Of a stretch of 64,000 nt of DNA, positions 23,985 through 38,974 are shown piece by piece. Below the pieces are notes generated by a model, which had not been told where the DNA came from, did no database searches, and saw nothing but the letters and a program-made list of their open reading frames with translations. Every line of letters begins with the position of its first letter. Position 1 is the stretch's first letter. The translations under genes and the position numbers were made by a program. This stretch comes from Balanoglossus misakiensis (lineage: Eukaryota; Animalia; Hemichordata): positions 6,324,001-6,388,000 of the forward strand of contig CM082590.2 in assembly GCA_040954595.2 (NCBI GenBank), written 5' to 3'.

Positions 23985-26900
23985 AAAACTGAAAGATATG
24001 AGGAAATAAGAACTACTGTGAAATGGGAAATTTTCGCGAACAATGATTTTCTGTTCTACAGTATTTTGCTTGCTTAGAGGGAAAAAGTCTCTCTCCTTTT
24101 TCCATGATAAACTCACCCAAAAAGAATAAATGGTAGCGAAAGATTATTCATTTTGGTGATTTTTTTTTCTCACTCTCATGTCATTGAGACGGTAAAGTGA
24201 TGTTGGTTTTGTCAAAATCATGCAAGATGCAAAATTTTTATTTGCAGCTAATTTGCTGATGTGCATCATGGTATATTTTTACTGATGATAACAGAATTTT
24301 TTTTTCAAAATGTGCAATTATCTGTTTTGGGGAAGGTTCAAAAATTGTTGGTAATATTATTGTCCTAACTCAGGCGATATTTTTGAGAGTCAGTTTGGTT
24401 TTTGTCAAAATCATGCAAGATACAAAATTCATATTTGCATTTTATTTACTGATATGCATCATGGAATGAAGATGGTAATTTTTTTCAGTTTATTTTAATT
24501 TCAAAATGTGCAATTAGCTGTTTCGGGGAAGGTACAAAAGTTGTTGATGATTTTGTCCTAACTCAGGTGACATTTTTGAGTCAGTTTGGTTTTCTGGTAC
24601 AAAAATATCCTTCAGTGTTAATGGTAAAACATAGTATTGTTATTTTTCTTTCCTATTACAGTATATTTTTAATAAAAAGCATTTGTTTTATCAAATCAAA
24701 TATTTAGTGGTGACCTTGTTTTTACGTTGTTAAAGCCCCTATAGCAGCCTATCATAATACTGAAATCTTGGTAGGTAGCGGAGAACATACAAACCTCATA
24801 TGTCTGTCAATCAAATGCTGTAGAGGAAAAAAGTGCTGCTCTTACGTCTTGGAGAAAATGTGAAATGTCAATAAAAAAATTACTTTATTAAAGGGACAAA
24901 GTCTCTCTCTCGCTGCCCCTTCCCATGAATTATGTTTGATACAAGACGCAGTTTATGTTATTCTACATGTGGATATGTAGTGAATCAACATTCGACCACA
25001 TACACCTCCCAGGACAAAGTCTCTCTCTCGCTGCCCTTTTTCCATTAATTATGTTTGATACAAGACACCGTTTACATAAATGTTATTCTACGTGTGGATA
25101 TATAGTGAATCAATGTTCGACCACACACAACTTCCATCCCGTTTGTAGACACAAGAGTGACAAACTCGCCAAAATGAATAATTTGTCTCCACCATTTATT
25201 CATTCTTGCTGGCCGTGCGCTGATTGCGGGCGGGCGTAAGTCCAGGCGGCCCTCGGGAGACAGCCAAGGCAATTTTTCGGTAACTAACTGTTTAGACGAA
25301 CGACCAGATCAATTATTGAGACAATTAAATAATACTATAAAATGCCCAGTTTTGGCGTAAATTGAGTACAACTGTACACCAAGCCCTCTATTTGTTTATT
25401 TTAAGATTTACCTAGGCTGGACTCAAAATTATTTCAGAGAATATCTGACTCAACCGTCAACGAAAGTCTGTGACCGGTTTCAACTGAATCCTTACAATGT
25501 ATGGGCCATGTTAGGACCCAGTAACCTAACAGTCTTCGGACTGAGCGCGCAAAGTGGGCGTGTCCATTATCACTCATTAAGTATTCAAAAAGGCTGACTA
25601 CGCTGTCGAGTGTCCGGAAAATTACGGTCGGAAACAGAAATTACAAGTCGCAGTGTCTCCAACACGAAAAAAATCCAGCGAGCTTAGCTTTTAACAAAGA
25701 ACTGACATTAAGTTCCTTACTCGCTGTGACAAATCCAAAAACCGACGTGATTTTTTTACAAAAATTAACTCAGAAAAAACATCAACACTTGAATTTACCA
25801 GCCCCGCACTGCAAATTGCATGGCGATGCCTATGGAACTGACCAAAATTTGACAGATCGTGGTTGCTAAAATGGTGCTGGTGCAATATTTCAGCATATGC
25901 AGCACGCAGCGAAGCCTGCCGATTCCCAGACGACTTTCTCTGACCAATGAACCTCAATTGAATGACGAGAAACCACAATTTCTCAATGACTTTCAGTCTG
26001 CCGACTGATGACCCCAAAATGTTATGACCTTTTGAATACGCCAACCAGTGGGTGTCATTTAGTGCACGTGATATGCTAAATAGCGTTGCTATTTCTATGG
26101 CGCCATGGTAACGTAAACAACATGCGTCAATCTCCCGCCAAGAAAGGCAAGGCTTCACGCTTTTGCTCAAAGTTTATTCGATACATCTAAGTTTGTTGTA
26201 AACAAATATCTGAATATTTATATATAAGATCATGTCAGTTATGAGTATATCTACCCACCCATTGATCAATGATGCTGTCATCAGGCTTGAACGTCATGAA
26301 AGGGGCGTTGATATCTCTGTGTCAGAGACTGACCCATGTGATTAGGGTACACACATGGGCTCTAGTGGGGGTAATTCTGCATGTAATCGCGGTTCTTACG
26401 GAAGTCAGATGAAGTAAATATGCGTGTTTGTTCCAGATGCGTCTCTTTTTTCGCTGTTGGGGTCTTATTTTGGCTGATTGCGGGATACATGACTGCAAGC
26501 ACTTCCCTTGAAATTGGTGTTAAATTCACAAAACCGTTGAAAAACGACATGGTGCATGCATCCACGCGAGGTATCTGTGTTCGATCGGTGTGATTACGAA
26601 ATAACAACATGTATCGTAAGTATTTTGGGCACTGCGGACGGTCGTACCTGATAAATTATTGATTGAAGGCCCACAAACATTCATAACCAAAATATCGACA
26701 AACTACGTTTTACGCCTCACTTCGAGTGGCTGCATATTTTTTTAGAGGCTTAGCACTAGCTAAAATAGGTTCGTATGATAACAATAAAGTATCTATGACC
26801 CCAGAAATTCGAGTTTGAATAGTTTTCACTCTTTGGATGAAAAGGCACAAAAAATCAAACAAATCACTGCATTTTCACCCAAAAACAGTGTGTGCCAGGA

Positions 26901-28863
26901 AGACCCTGTCAGAAAGTGTGGAATTTACGGGTAAGATGTTCTGAACGAAAAAATGAGCATAAGAGGTGATGAGTGATTAAAATAAACACTCTGCATGACA
27001 TTTGCGTCTGGATTTTTTTTACTACGACACGGCAAAATCACGGTATTTTGCTACAAAATCGCCAATTTAACGACAACAATTGGAGACGTCCCACAGTCTC
27101 TATTCAGTCGTTGATCATGATATACGATAGTTTCCAACAAAGTTCTAATGAAATAGAGTATATACCACGTTTTTTCTCGTCCATTGAAGCTTTGGATGAA
27201 AAGGCACAAAAAATCAAAGTTGGTATATGCCTCTGAAGGCTAAAATAGAAGGGGTCAAAGGTAACTCTTTTATTTTTATTTTCCGCAAATCTACCGAATT
27301 CATCTCTTTGATTCTCTTATTGCTTTATTTCAATCATTTTCACAAAGATAACAAAATCTGTCAAGTACTCTCAAAACATGGAAAAAAATTGGATTGAAAT
27401 CTCTCCACGTATGCTGGGTTCTTGGCCGCCATAACAGAGGTCAATGAGTGCTGAAATTTCCCAGCATGCTTTGCGGTGTTTTGATAATGGGAATCGCGCT
27501 CAGTCCGAAGACTGTAAAGAAGTCGCACGTCCGCGCGCGCGCGTCATCAGTGCATTGAATCGACGCGTACGCGCCCATAAAACCAGGTCGCCCTGGGATG
27601 ACGTCACACAACGCATGCCATCCACATACCCGGAACCGTACACCAAGCTCAACCATGTCACATGCACACAGAATCGGGCCACATGTACCACCAGTCTGGT
27701 AATAGTATCTGCGTATGTGATGACGTGTACATGGCCATGTGTCGGGAAGGTCAGGGTGTCCTTTCTTTTCGCATCCTAATACAGACACATACATAGACAC
27801 ACGCACAGACAGACACAGTTTAATTCCTTTTTGATACAAAGAAATAAAAACAAAACAAGATTTGTGGTTGAAGAAGTGAAAAGCACACGTAAATTCTTTT
27901 TTCATGTATATCTATATGTGTGTTTGGTGACAGAAAAGTACATTATGTAATATTTTCATGTTGTATTTGAATAAATATATATGTCTATATATTTTCATGT
28001 TGTATTTGAATAAATATATATGTCTATATACTATAGTTTAAACGCATGTAAAATCTGCTGCCCGCCTCGAAACCTCTCAAGAGCTTGCTAGGGCACTTGG
28101 TTTATTCTATAATACTATAGCAACGCGCTACGCGTCGAAATTTGGGAGGTCGTTGAAGGTTGCGCTCTCAATTTGGATGAAATACTGTACTATTATGGAA
28201 ATCAGTTACATGTAGATTTGGCGTCGCGCCCGTCTGTGGCCGTCGTTACTTGATATTACGTCATCGACCTTGCGAAGTCCATTCACAAATTAAACCCAAG
28301 CATGGGCACTTAAAAATATCCACGCTGATTTTTCTGGCGTTTCAAAATCAAATATAATATTGAAACTTCATAAAACGATGACAAAATAATATATCTGATG
28401 TTTTGTTTTTTTCATGTGTACTGTTTATATGATGGATATCCATGGTCATGTTCCAATGGTCTTTGACTTATGTCAGGAATGTAGTCATTCATGGACTGTG
28501 CATGTGGACTTCATGTGCGCTCAATAGGAATACATTAGCGCAGTCAGTGACCAATCCACCGCCGCCATTTGAAACTCCCGCGCCTTAGCGTCAGCACGCA
28601 CTAGTTATCCTGCGGCACCTAATAAAATAGTCCGCGCTATATTTCATATATTTCATGTCATTTTACCCTTTACTGCATGGATGAGATCACATTTTGCGTG
28701 TAAAATACGTCACATAAATTCAACAATGAATGAAAGACGATTTTTCTGTAAAATTACGTTTTATTTCAATCCGATGCGGAGTGATTTCTATGTACATTCC
28801 GCGCGCTGTGCGGTAACCGGCTGATATCAATCCATAAACTTGCAGCTTGCCCGTCAGTCGAAA

Positions 28864-31800
28864 ATGGCTCCCAATCCTGAAGACAGTTGTGCAAAACACA
28901 ACAATCTCAGCCAACCCGAGAAAAATATTCCAGATACCCCACCACCTGAGTATGAGTTGCTGATCACCCAGGTAACGTATTTCCAGATTATTTTACTGCA
29001 AACCCGGTGCAAATGCCGGGATTTGTAGATATATTTTACAACATAGTACACTATCTTAAATTTGGCGCGCCGGTTGTAGTATTTTATCAAACATTGAATA
29101 ACTTTTGTTTTGTTTTTGTCATCAACCAGGGAGACGAGAAGAAGGTTCCGTTGGAGTACGCTATTCCGACAGAAGACACGATGAACGCCGCAGCTGTGAA
29201 GCTACAAGTCGAGTACGACGACTGTGCTGTGTCGACAAAAGCGATCAAGACTGCGGATAGCTTTGATGATCTGAAATCGGACAAGTTCGATCCGTGGGCT
29301 CTTCCAGATCTTGCCGACGATACCCCAAAATGGAAAGGTAATTTAATCTAACATCTCTCGATTTTCTGTATTATTCCTTAAATTTTCACTGATGTCTTAA
29401 TCAAGCCAACGTACCAAGAAGTCAAAAATTAAAATCGGTTTTCTGAAAATCAGTCGGTGTATTGCTTTACATTTGTCCAGCAAATGCCAACAATATATTC
29501 TAGTTACACAAGCGCCGATTTGAGTTAAAATATTTACATATAACTGTAGTAATTAAAATGTGTGAAAATGTTTCAAATAGGGTGTCAAAAGCAAACAGGT
29601 TTATTAGAATTGACTACGGATATTTTTTTCCCCCGAACCGGATGTCGCGAACCGGCTTTTTCTGCCCATCACTAAGTGTAACACGAACAGCCTCGTGGTG
29701 CCACGTGTTTGGCGAAATTAAGCATATTTGCTCATTTTTCTCGGCGGAAAATGCTATAAATTGCCAGCGATTGCCGAAATGTGTGTTTTCTGTTCGTTCT
29801 GATTGGAATTTATTGAGTTTTTGCGAAATCGGGAGTTTTTTTCCGGCCCAGTCTGTTCCGGGAAGATAGGATGGCGTGACTATGTACATTTCTTATTCAA
29901 GGGCGCTCGCCGGTATGTGTTGTGTGTGTGGAGCCCTCATGATGAACACATGCACACGGCTGGCTTCTTAACAAGGTTGAAAACCAGGTCGCTGTTTAAA
30001 TCAGCAATAACTCCCACGTACACAACAAAACTCGCTGATCTTTAACTCATAATCATTGATCAACAGTGCAAAATCACTCAAATTTCTCGATACACGCTAA
30101 ACACAGATTAATAATTAGCAAATAATTATAAACGTGACCAGGCGCTCATTAAAATCAACATGTGTGTTGGTAAGAATGTAAATTTGTTTATTCATAAAAA
30201 AATAAGTAGCTAAAAAAAAGATCAACCTAAGTATTGTTTGTACGTGAAAATCTTTATGATAAATAAAATAAAATAACATAAATCCAACTGAATCATGAAT
30301 TTTTTTTTAACCCACACATGTGAATCTAGACCATTGTAAAAATAAAATGAAAAAAGGTGTGATCGGGCCAGAAAAATATAATGCTGGCAAAATACTTTAA
30401 AGTTGCTGTAAATGACTTTTTAGATATTTTTTGAGCATTGAAAAATCGAGTTGCAATGATTTTAGGAGTGGTAGAACCATATCTTATCAGTGAGTGTTTG
30501 TCTAGATTATCAAAGCTATGTATTTTATTTGATTCGATCTTGCAATCGGCCATTTAGAAAATAATAAAATGTTTAATCGTATCAGCTTATGTCAAGATAA
30601 TCAAAGCTACATTTTATTTGGGTGTGTGGATATCTTGCTATCGTGTGATTCCTTTGTACAAAAGTACAGTCAGGTATCGCGAATTGCGATTACTTATCTT
30701 TGGAAAAGGCAATTTAGATACATGAATTTCTAGATAAGGGGTAATAGGTATACAAGCAAAACGACGTACTATGACCTGTGGTCCCTCCAAGCCCATATGA
30801 CGCGTCACTGACTTGACAAACTCACTGGTGACTCACGAAAATTATCCACACTACATGCAAAGGTATAGGACTGACTCAGAGAAATTTCTAGAAATCCTCA
30901 AATTGACTCAAAGCTTTTAAAAATTATGTTTGTTAGAGGCAGGGCACACTGCCAGTTACCTAAATCTAGTAGGTTATATTTTACTGTTCAGAGTTCAAAG
31001 ATTTTTCATGCCATGTCTGTTGGAATGATACTGGTAGAAAAAAGCTCATGTGAAAAGTAGTTGAAAACAAAGATAACTTTTGAGAATCAAGGTTAAACTT
31101 AACTTAGATAGTCAAATCTTTTTTCTTTTTCTTTTTTGAGGGGGCTTAAAATGTCTTTTGTTGCTTTATAAAACTAGTCAAAAGAAATATGCATTTAACA
31201 TTTCTCTATTCTAATTTACATGTAAGTAAATGTTACTTTAACGAAATAAGATTTGCTCAGTAACCTAACTTATGGAAGACATGTTTACAAATATCTATTT
31301 ATTTGTTTATTTATTTATCAATAAGTGAATCTTAATGAATCACTTCCTTTAATCAGTTTCATTTCCTTATTTTTGACAGAGTTGACCTGCAGTGGCAAGG
31401 TCAAACGAGTGGTCATCGACTGGTTCGGAAAGTTGGTTCTCCTGCTGGGTCTCCTCTACCTCTTCATCTGCTCCTTGAGTTTCCTGAGCGCCGCGTTCCG
31501 TCTTCTCGGCGGCAAGACGGCCGGAGAAGCGTTTGCGTCCAACGCCGTCCTCTCTAATCCCGTCTGCGGGCTCATGATCGGCGTCCTGGCGACCGTCTTG
31601 GTTCAGAGCTCGAGCACGACGACGTCCATTGTGGTCTCCATGGTAGCAGCTCAAAGTAAGTAATAAAGGACTTTTTCATCATGGGGGGATTGGGGGGATT
31701 CACCCCCTATTGACATCTTGGCACCCCCTAGTAATTTGTCATGGGGGACCAGTGCCCCTAAAATAATGTCACTCACATGTTAGAGATAATACTGTTACAG

Positions 31801-34800
31801 TCCCCCTCTTGCCAGAGTGGAATCCCCCCAAAATATTCTGGCAAAGGGGACATATCCCCCTGTTGATGCCATCCTGGATGAAACACTGCATTTGTTCTTT
31901 TCATTTAAAAAAAAACGAGTATACATTGCCCACAGAAAAAAAAATAGATGCCTACTTAAGACAAAAAATTAGAGAATTATCGGCCGGTACCCAACCCACT
32001 TCAGAAATTATACAAATCAAGCAAGTACATGTATATAAAATTAAATTGATTTGGACACAAATATTTTCCTAGGTCCAGTAAAATTGGCGAAAGCACAGCA
32101 CACTGGAAAAAAAAATTATTGGTTGCTAGTTTTATATTTCAAAGGGAGTATTGTCCATAAAAAAAATACTGAAATATCCTGTGGAAATTATGAAAAATTG
32201 ACATATTTTTCCTTGATCAGCATATTGAATCGCGTAACTTCCCAGCAAATTTTCCGTTCGATGCATTCAAATAGTGGACTGCCTTCCCTTCCTTCTATAT
32301 TTCATGCGCACCGTATAAATAGATTCTGGTTTTGTCCCTCCTTTTCACCCAAGCTGGTGTCTTTTCACGATCTCCGACACAGATTATGGTCGCCGCCATC
32401 TTGTGTGAGCACTGCCTTACGGGATAGACTGTTCACTAAACGTCTGTAACCAGCAGCTACAGTTGGAACATGCGTGTGAGACGAGCTAGGCGCTTTAATC
32501 AATCCCGTCTGCTTTTCCCCCCGACAGTTTTGTACGTGGAGCAGGCCATCCCCATAGTGATGGGCGCCAACATTGGAACCTCGGTGACCAACACCATCGT
32601 CTCCATGTTCCAAGCGCACGACCGCAACGAGTTCCGCCGGGCGTTCGCCGGGGCGACCATCCACGACGTCTTCAACTGGTTGTCCGTCCTCATCCTGTTG
32701 CCCCTGGAGATCGCCACCCAGTACTTGTTTCATCTCTCGGACATCATCGTCAAGAGCATGCACCTGGAGTCCAACGAGGCCACCGACGTGGAACTGCTGT
32801 CGGTCATAACCAAGCCGTTCACTGACAAGGTTATACAGGTGAGTTGTAAATACAAGTCGAACCGGTCTATAGCGGCCAGTCAAGGGAATTTCCTAAACTG
32901 GCCTTTATAGACAGGTGGCCTTTATATTCAGGTCAATTAATGCACATGTAAGTTACAAAGGGACTGTAACAAAGTGGCCACTATATAGAGGTGGCCACTA
33001 ACACAGGCTTGACTGTACCTTGTGCGTATGCCTTTTTCATAAAGAGACAGCCTTTCCAATACTCAACTTCTTTATTTCAATTATCTGCACATACTTGGAT
33101 ACTCTGACATTGTGTTCATACTTACTTAGAATATCAAAGTCTTAAAGGGACAAAGTCTCTCTCTCGCTGATACAAGATACTGTTATGTTAATGTACACGT
33201 GGATATATAGTGAACCAATGTTCAACCATACACACCTTCCATCCCAATTGTAGGTCCTACAGGAGGGTGAAAAATGAAATATTTGGTCTTTACCATTTAT
33301 TAATTTTGGCGAGATTTTTACTCTCATATCCTACAAACAAATGGAAGTTGTATGTTGTCGAACATTGATTCACTATATATCCACATGTAGAATTACATAA
33401 ACGGTGTCTTGTATCAGATATAATTAATGGAAAGGGGCAGCGAGAGAGAGACTTTGTCCCTTTAACTTTTTCTCCAATCAATCAATCAATATTGCGTGTT
33501 GTACCTTTTCTCAGGTTGATAAAAAGATCATCACCAAGATCGCCTTCGGAGACGAGGCCGCTCAGGCAGACAGCATGATCAAAAGGTGGTGCGTCACAGA
33601 AAAGGTCACTGAACTTGTCAACGTCACCATGGAAACCAATGTGACGTCCACCAGTGGGCAGTTCAACTTGACCGAGCTGCAGAACGTCACCGTGGAGATG
33701 GAACTGACCAGGAAAATCCCCATCCAGAAATGTAAGATTTTAACGTGAATTTGCATGTTTGTATTTTTTTTACGAAATGTGGGATTTGAGAGTTGGAGTC
33801 TTGTTAAATAGCAATTTGACATTCGTCAGGTATACTTAACCCTTTCTCCCCCAGTTCCCTCTTTAGAGGTCCAACTTTACAGTAGAAAACAATGGGTTTG
33901 GACTGAACCATGATGGTGAAAGGGTTTAAAAGTGCATTTTCTCAACATGCTCATGTAATACATCTGTGATATAAACAACCAGATGTTTGGGTCATTGTCA
34001 TACAAGTTCTGACTTTCAAAAAAGGGGCAAGTTAAAATCTCCATTAGCAAAAGTTACAGTTCTTGCTGAAAAGCAATAGATCGTCTAATGCGTATAGCCA
34101 GCAAAGTTTACGTTCGATGCATTCAAATAGTGGACTGCCTTCACTTCCTTCTATATTTCATGCGCACTGTATAAGAAGATTCTGGTTTTGTCCCTCCTTT
34201 TCACCCAAGCTGGTGTCTTTTCACAATCTCTGACACAGATTATGGTCGCCGCCATCTTGTCTGTTGTTAGAACAGAGCACTGCCTTATGGGATTGACTGT
34301 TCACTAAACGCCTGTAACCAGCGGCTACAGTTGGAACATGCGTGTGAGAAGAGCTACGCGCTTTAACTAAACATCCTTTAATATTTTCAACGCCATAGTC
34401 AACTTGTCGTCATTTTTCACAAAATTAACCTCATGAATTTTACCATTTTTTTTCTAACATTTTGATCAAGACCTGTAGACAATGGAAAATTATGTCCACT
34501 TGGTCTAAAATTAATGGAAAAATTTGGGGGAAAAGTGTGAAAATGATAAAAATGTTGCACCACATTTTGACAGTGATACATGTGGCATTCAAAGGGTTAA
34601 TATATTGTTCCCGTTTTCTTATCATCTTGTCTGTTAGAACAGAGCACTGCCTTATGGGATTGACCGTTCACTAAACGCCTGTAACCAGTGGCTACAGCTG
34701 GAACATGCGTGTGAGACGAGCTAGGCGCTTTAACTAAACATCCTTTAATATATTGTTCCCGTTTTCTTATTTTTGCAGGCGAGCACTTGTTTGTGAATAC

Positions 34801-35707
34801 TGAGCTGAGCGACAGTGTCGTCGGAGTGATTATGCTGGTGGTTTCCTTGGCGATACTGTGCACGTGTCTGATCCTGATGGTCAAGACGCTGCACTCGCTG
34901 CTGCGCGGACCGATTTCCTCGATCATTAAGAAGACGATCAACTCGGATTTCCCCGGCTGTCTGTCGTGGTTGACTGGGTACGTGGCGATCTTGGTCGGCG
35001 CGGCGATGACCCTCCTGGTGCAGAGCAGTTCCATCTTCACGTCGGCGTTGACCCCGCTGATCGGGATCGGGGTGATTTCTCTGGAGCGGGCCTACCCGCT
35101 GACGCTGGGGGCGAATATCGGCACCACGGCGACGGGTCTCCTGGCGGCGCTGGCCAGCTCGGAGGGCCAGCTGGCCAGCGCCCTGCAGATCGCCTTCTGC
35201 CACCTGCTGTTCAACATCTCCGGGATCCTGCTGTGGTACCCCGTGCCGCCGGCCCGCCGCGTGCCCATCCAGGTGGCCAAGATCTTCGGCGACACCACGG
35301 CCAGGTACCGCTGGTTCGCCGCATTCTACCTCGTCTGCATGTTCTTCCTCTTCCCCGGGACGGTCTTCGCCCTCTCCGTCGCCGGTTGGCAGTACCTGGC
35401 CGCGGTGGGCATCCCCGCGATGGCCGTCTTCTTCCTGGCGGTCGCCATCAACGTCGTCCAAGCCAAGTATCCGAAGTGCCTCCCGCAGAAACTCAGGACT
35501 TGGGACTGGCTGCCGAAATGCCTGCACTCCTTAGAGCCGCTCGACCGCGCTCTCGGTAAGCTCACGAGGACTTGTTACTGGTGTCCGTGCGTCAAAGAAT
35601 CCTGCAAGGAGAAACCCGCAAATCAGTGCATACCGCACAACGCGAGTTACTCCTCGCAGATCCCCCTTAAAGAGAGTTACGAATCTTCCAAGGAAACCGT
35701 CGTGTAA
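28864..35707 (+). CDS. SLC34A2: Type II sodium-dependent phosphate cotransporter (SLC34A/NaPi-II family), 6 coding exons
   Basis: Exons 28864-28971, 29130-29337, 31380-31655, 32528-32838, 33515-33731, 34779-35707. Two QSSS repeats, [11 protein letters not shown] / [23 protein letters not shown]. The paralogue number is nominal in an invertebrate. Confidence 0.93.
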
Positions 35708-38548
35708 TAATTAACTCCATATCGCTCGTGCGTATATGTCGTGAACTGGTCAAAATCTCGTGGTATACCATGGCTGGGGGTGTTTTATTGCTATTATATT
35801 ATGCCAGTATATTGAAACTTTGCATAAAACATTTTAAAAAGGCATTTTCTTTGACTGAGTTTTGCGTTATATATGACTGTGGTATGTGACGAATATATCA
35901 CAGTCACGTGTTGTGTCTCGACCAATGAAATAGCGTGATTTACACCATCAATATACTGGTATAATATAATTAATTACACATGTTACTGTAAAATGGGAAA
36001 TTTTTCGTGATATCAAGAGGCAACTGTTACGTGACGATTAATTACATTCTCGTATTTCACTGCATCGTAATCTCCAAAAAATATTATACTTGATTTATTA
36101 TTTTCGCAATTTTTTGTCTCTTGTATAGTTCGCAGAAAATTTCCTGTTTTACAGTATACTCTAATGTAATTTATTCGATGTTTTTTGTGGTTCATCGAAA
36201 GGAACCCATACAGGGTTGTACACCCCACCTTTAGTCACTACTTAAGAACTTCTGGATATTTTATTCAGCCTATGTTCTGAAATTTATTACGAGTCAGTTT
36301 AACCCTTTCACCCCCCATGGTTCGGTCCAAACGCACTGTTTTCTGTGGTAAGGTTGGACCGCTACACAGGGAGTTGGGGGGTGAAAGGGTTGATCTGATC
36401 AATCCCGGGGAATACAGACTTTTGTGAACTCAACTGGAAAGTCCTGGAATATTGAGTGACTTTTTTGTGTAGAACCTCTACAATTAATACTGCCAGGGTT
36501 AAAAGATTCTCTAAGTCAGAACTTGTCTGGCAGTGTACTGTCATATTTCTCAGTTGTGAACTGCCCGAGTTGTCTAATGTTTGACAGGTACGAAATAACT
36601 TCTGTAATAAATATACCTTTGGCATTTCCATAATCCATTCAGAAATGTGGTTAAGGTACAGTCTTCAAACTGTATGTATTGTACAGTCCAGCCTGTGTTA
36701 GTGGCCAGCTCTATATAGTGGCCACTATGTTACAGTCCCTGTGCAATTTACGTGTGCATTAATTGACCTGTCTATAAAGGCCAGTTTTGGAAAGTCCCTT
36801 GACTGGCCACTATAGACAGGTTTGACTTGTAGTACCATGTACCGGTATGTACACCCTCCCTTGTGCTATGTAAATTGGTCCAACCAAGTACACTCTGTTA
36901 TTTTATTTCGGTCTGACTTGGTGACCTACAATTTCATTCAGAGATTTTATAAATCGGATCAACGATTTTAGTGTTTAAACTTATTTTTGCCATTATTTTG
37001 GTTCAGTAATGCAATTTGTCATTCAGTAGTAAGTTTTGGTGGACACCAGCTCCTTTTTTTAACCCTTTCACCCCCATTTTCCTGTGTAGAGGTCCAACCT
37101 TACCACAGAAAACAGTGGGGTTGGATTGAACCATGGTGGTGAAAGGGTTAAAAGCATGAGAAATGAAGTTGACATTATGAAACCTTGGTATGATTCAAAG
37201 TCGATCGCCCAATGCAAGTAGGACATTATTTTCTGCTGGCATCGTTTGTAAAATATTTTCACAAGAAGAAACAAAAAATGTAACTTGTACATTTTTAAAT
37301 GCAGATAGCGTGTTATTCCAGTTTAATAGTGTGATAACCACTGTAGTATAGATTTGGAAGAGATATTTATTTGAAAACCAAGTTTATTTGATCTATGATT
37401 TAAAATATTATTTATTGTGACATGAGTCATTGGTTTACCTCAACATACTTGAAAACCTCACAAATTCTTGAAACAGTCTGAAGATTTAACCCCTTCCACC
37501 CCTATTTTGCAATGTTGAGGTCCAGATTTGTCATACAAGACAGTGGATTTGGACCAAACCATGGCGGTGGAGGGGTTAAATATTGACTGGTATTTATTAA
37601 ATTATTGGTCAAGTATTTCCATTGCCACAGCCAAAGATTGAAGAAAATCTTATTTATTGAACTTGCGTTTCTGGGATGAAAAATCAACAACTGATGTCTG
37701 TCTTGTGAACTGAGATTCTGATGTGCTTTACATTTTTTTGACTCGGCCATATTATGTAAATGCTTTGTTTTGCGTCCACTCCATATTCTGAAATATAGGC
37801 GACTAAGCAGTTACAAAACAATGGTTCAGTGGTCATAGTGGGACCGTAAAAATAGTTAGTATTTTACAAATATGAGCGTTCTGGCTAATTTTAGTGACAC
37901 TGTTGTAGGTAACGGAAATTCCCAAGAAGTGTTTATTTTTCTGAAAATCTCCATATGTGTGGACGCAAAACAAAGAATTTATTTTCGCGTTATAGCCAAC
38001 TAAGCAGGGTAATTATCATGTTGGCTTTTTTCCTGTTTTGGGACATATCATCTGGCATTTTAGTTATGCAAACTTTTCTATCCGATACTTTTTCCACATA
38101 TCTTGCATGAAAAATCCAAAGATCACAACGTCCCTTGTAATACAATGCAATGGAGCACTTTTTTATAGTTGAAAAAAAAAGTCTATTTTTTTATATTTTT
38201 TCTGCCTAGCGCAAAGCAGGGACAAAAAACTGAAATACTTTATAAAATGCTTGAAAAAATTTCTTTATTCTAGAAGTTTGTATTTTGTTTTCCTTCGAAA
38301 GACAGCAATCGATAGATTTGTAGATGTGTAGACATGTTTATGTGCTGTTGAATGAAAGGAATAAAATGTCTGACTTGGTGAAAATTTGTGTACAAGACTG
38401 ATTTCATTTTACCAGTTTTGTCCATTATTAATGTACCGCCACAATCTGATTAAAATCAGGTGTAAGGTACGTCTTTTACTTATGCGGTGCAGTATTCTTA
38501 TGCTATCGCTCAACGGGAGCTTCTATGGGAGTTGGTCAGATGTAGTGT

Positions 38549-38974
38549 TAGTCTCGGTTACCCAGAGCCCTCTGCTTCTTCCGTTAGGCACTCCAGAAAG
38601 AGGGTCTGGGGAAACCCGGTAGACTAACCGTCAGGCGGAATCGGGACAGCTGCGATGCATGACGGGAGATTAATATTCCAAAATGGCGACGTCCTGCGCG
38701 CGAACCCACGGCCGACATGTATGACATACGATAAAGAAAACATGCTGAGAAGTGCTAGACCTGCTAAAACTGTATACAAATTGAAAAGAGAGAGAGAAGT
38801 TTGGTAAATAGTTTTCTAATATCGTCATATCATAATATCGTATCGAATATTAATCTCCCGTCATGCATCGCAGCTGTCCCGATTCCGCCTGACGGTTTGT
38901 CTACCGGATTTCCCCAGACCCTCTTTCTGGAGTGCCTAACGGAAGAAGCAGAGGGCTCTGGGTAACCGAGACTA
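38549..38974. mobile_element. Non-autonomous element with TIRs of about 130 bp, TAG..CTA termini and 9-bp TSD (AcademH-like)
   Basis: TSD ATGTAGTGT at 38540-38548 and 38975-38983; near-perfect arms 38549-38678 and 38846-38974. Confidence 0.85.

Noticed and set aside
34745-35565. Long antisense and alternate-frame ORFs over the SLC34A last exon (also over HEXIM and ALIX)
   Set aside because: Expected shadows of GC-rich coding sequence; no recognisable motifs.
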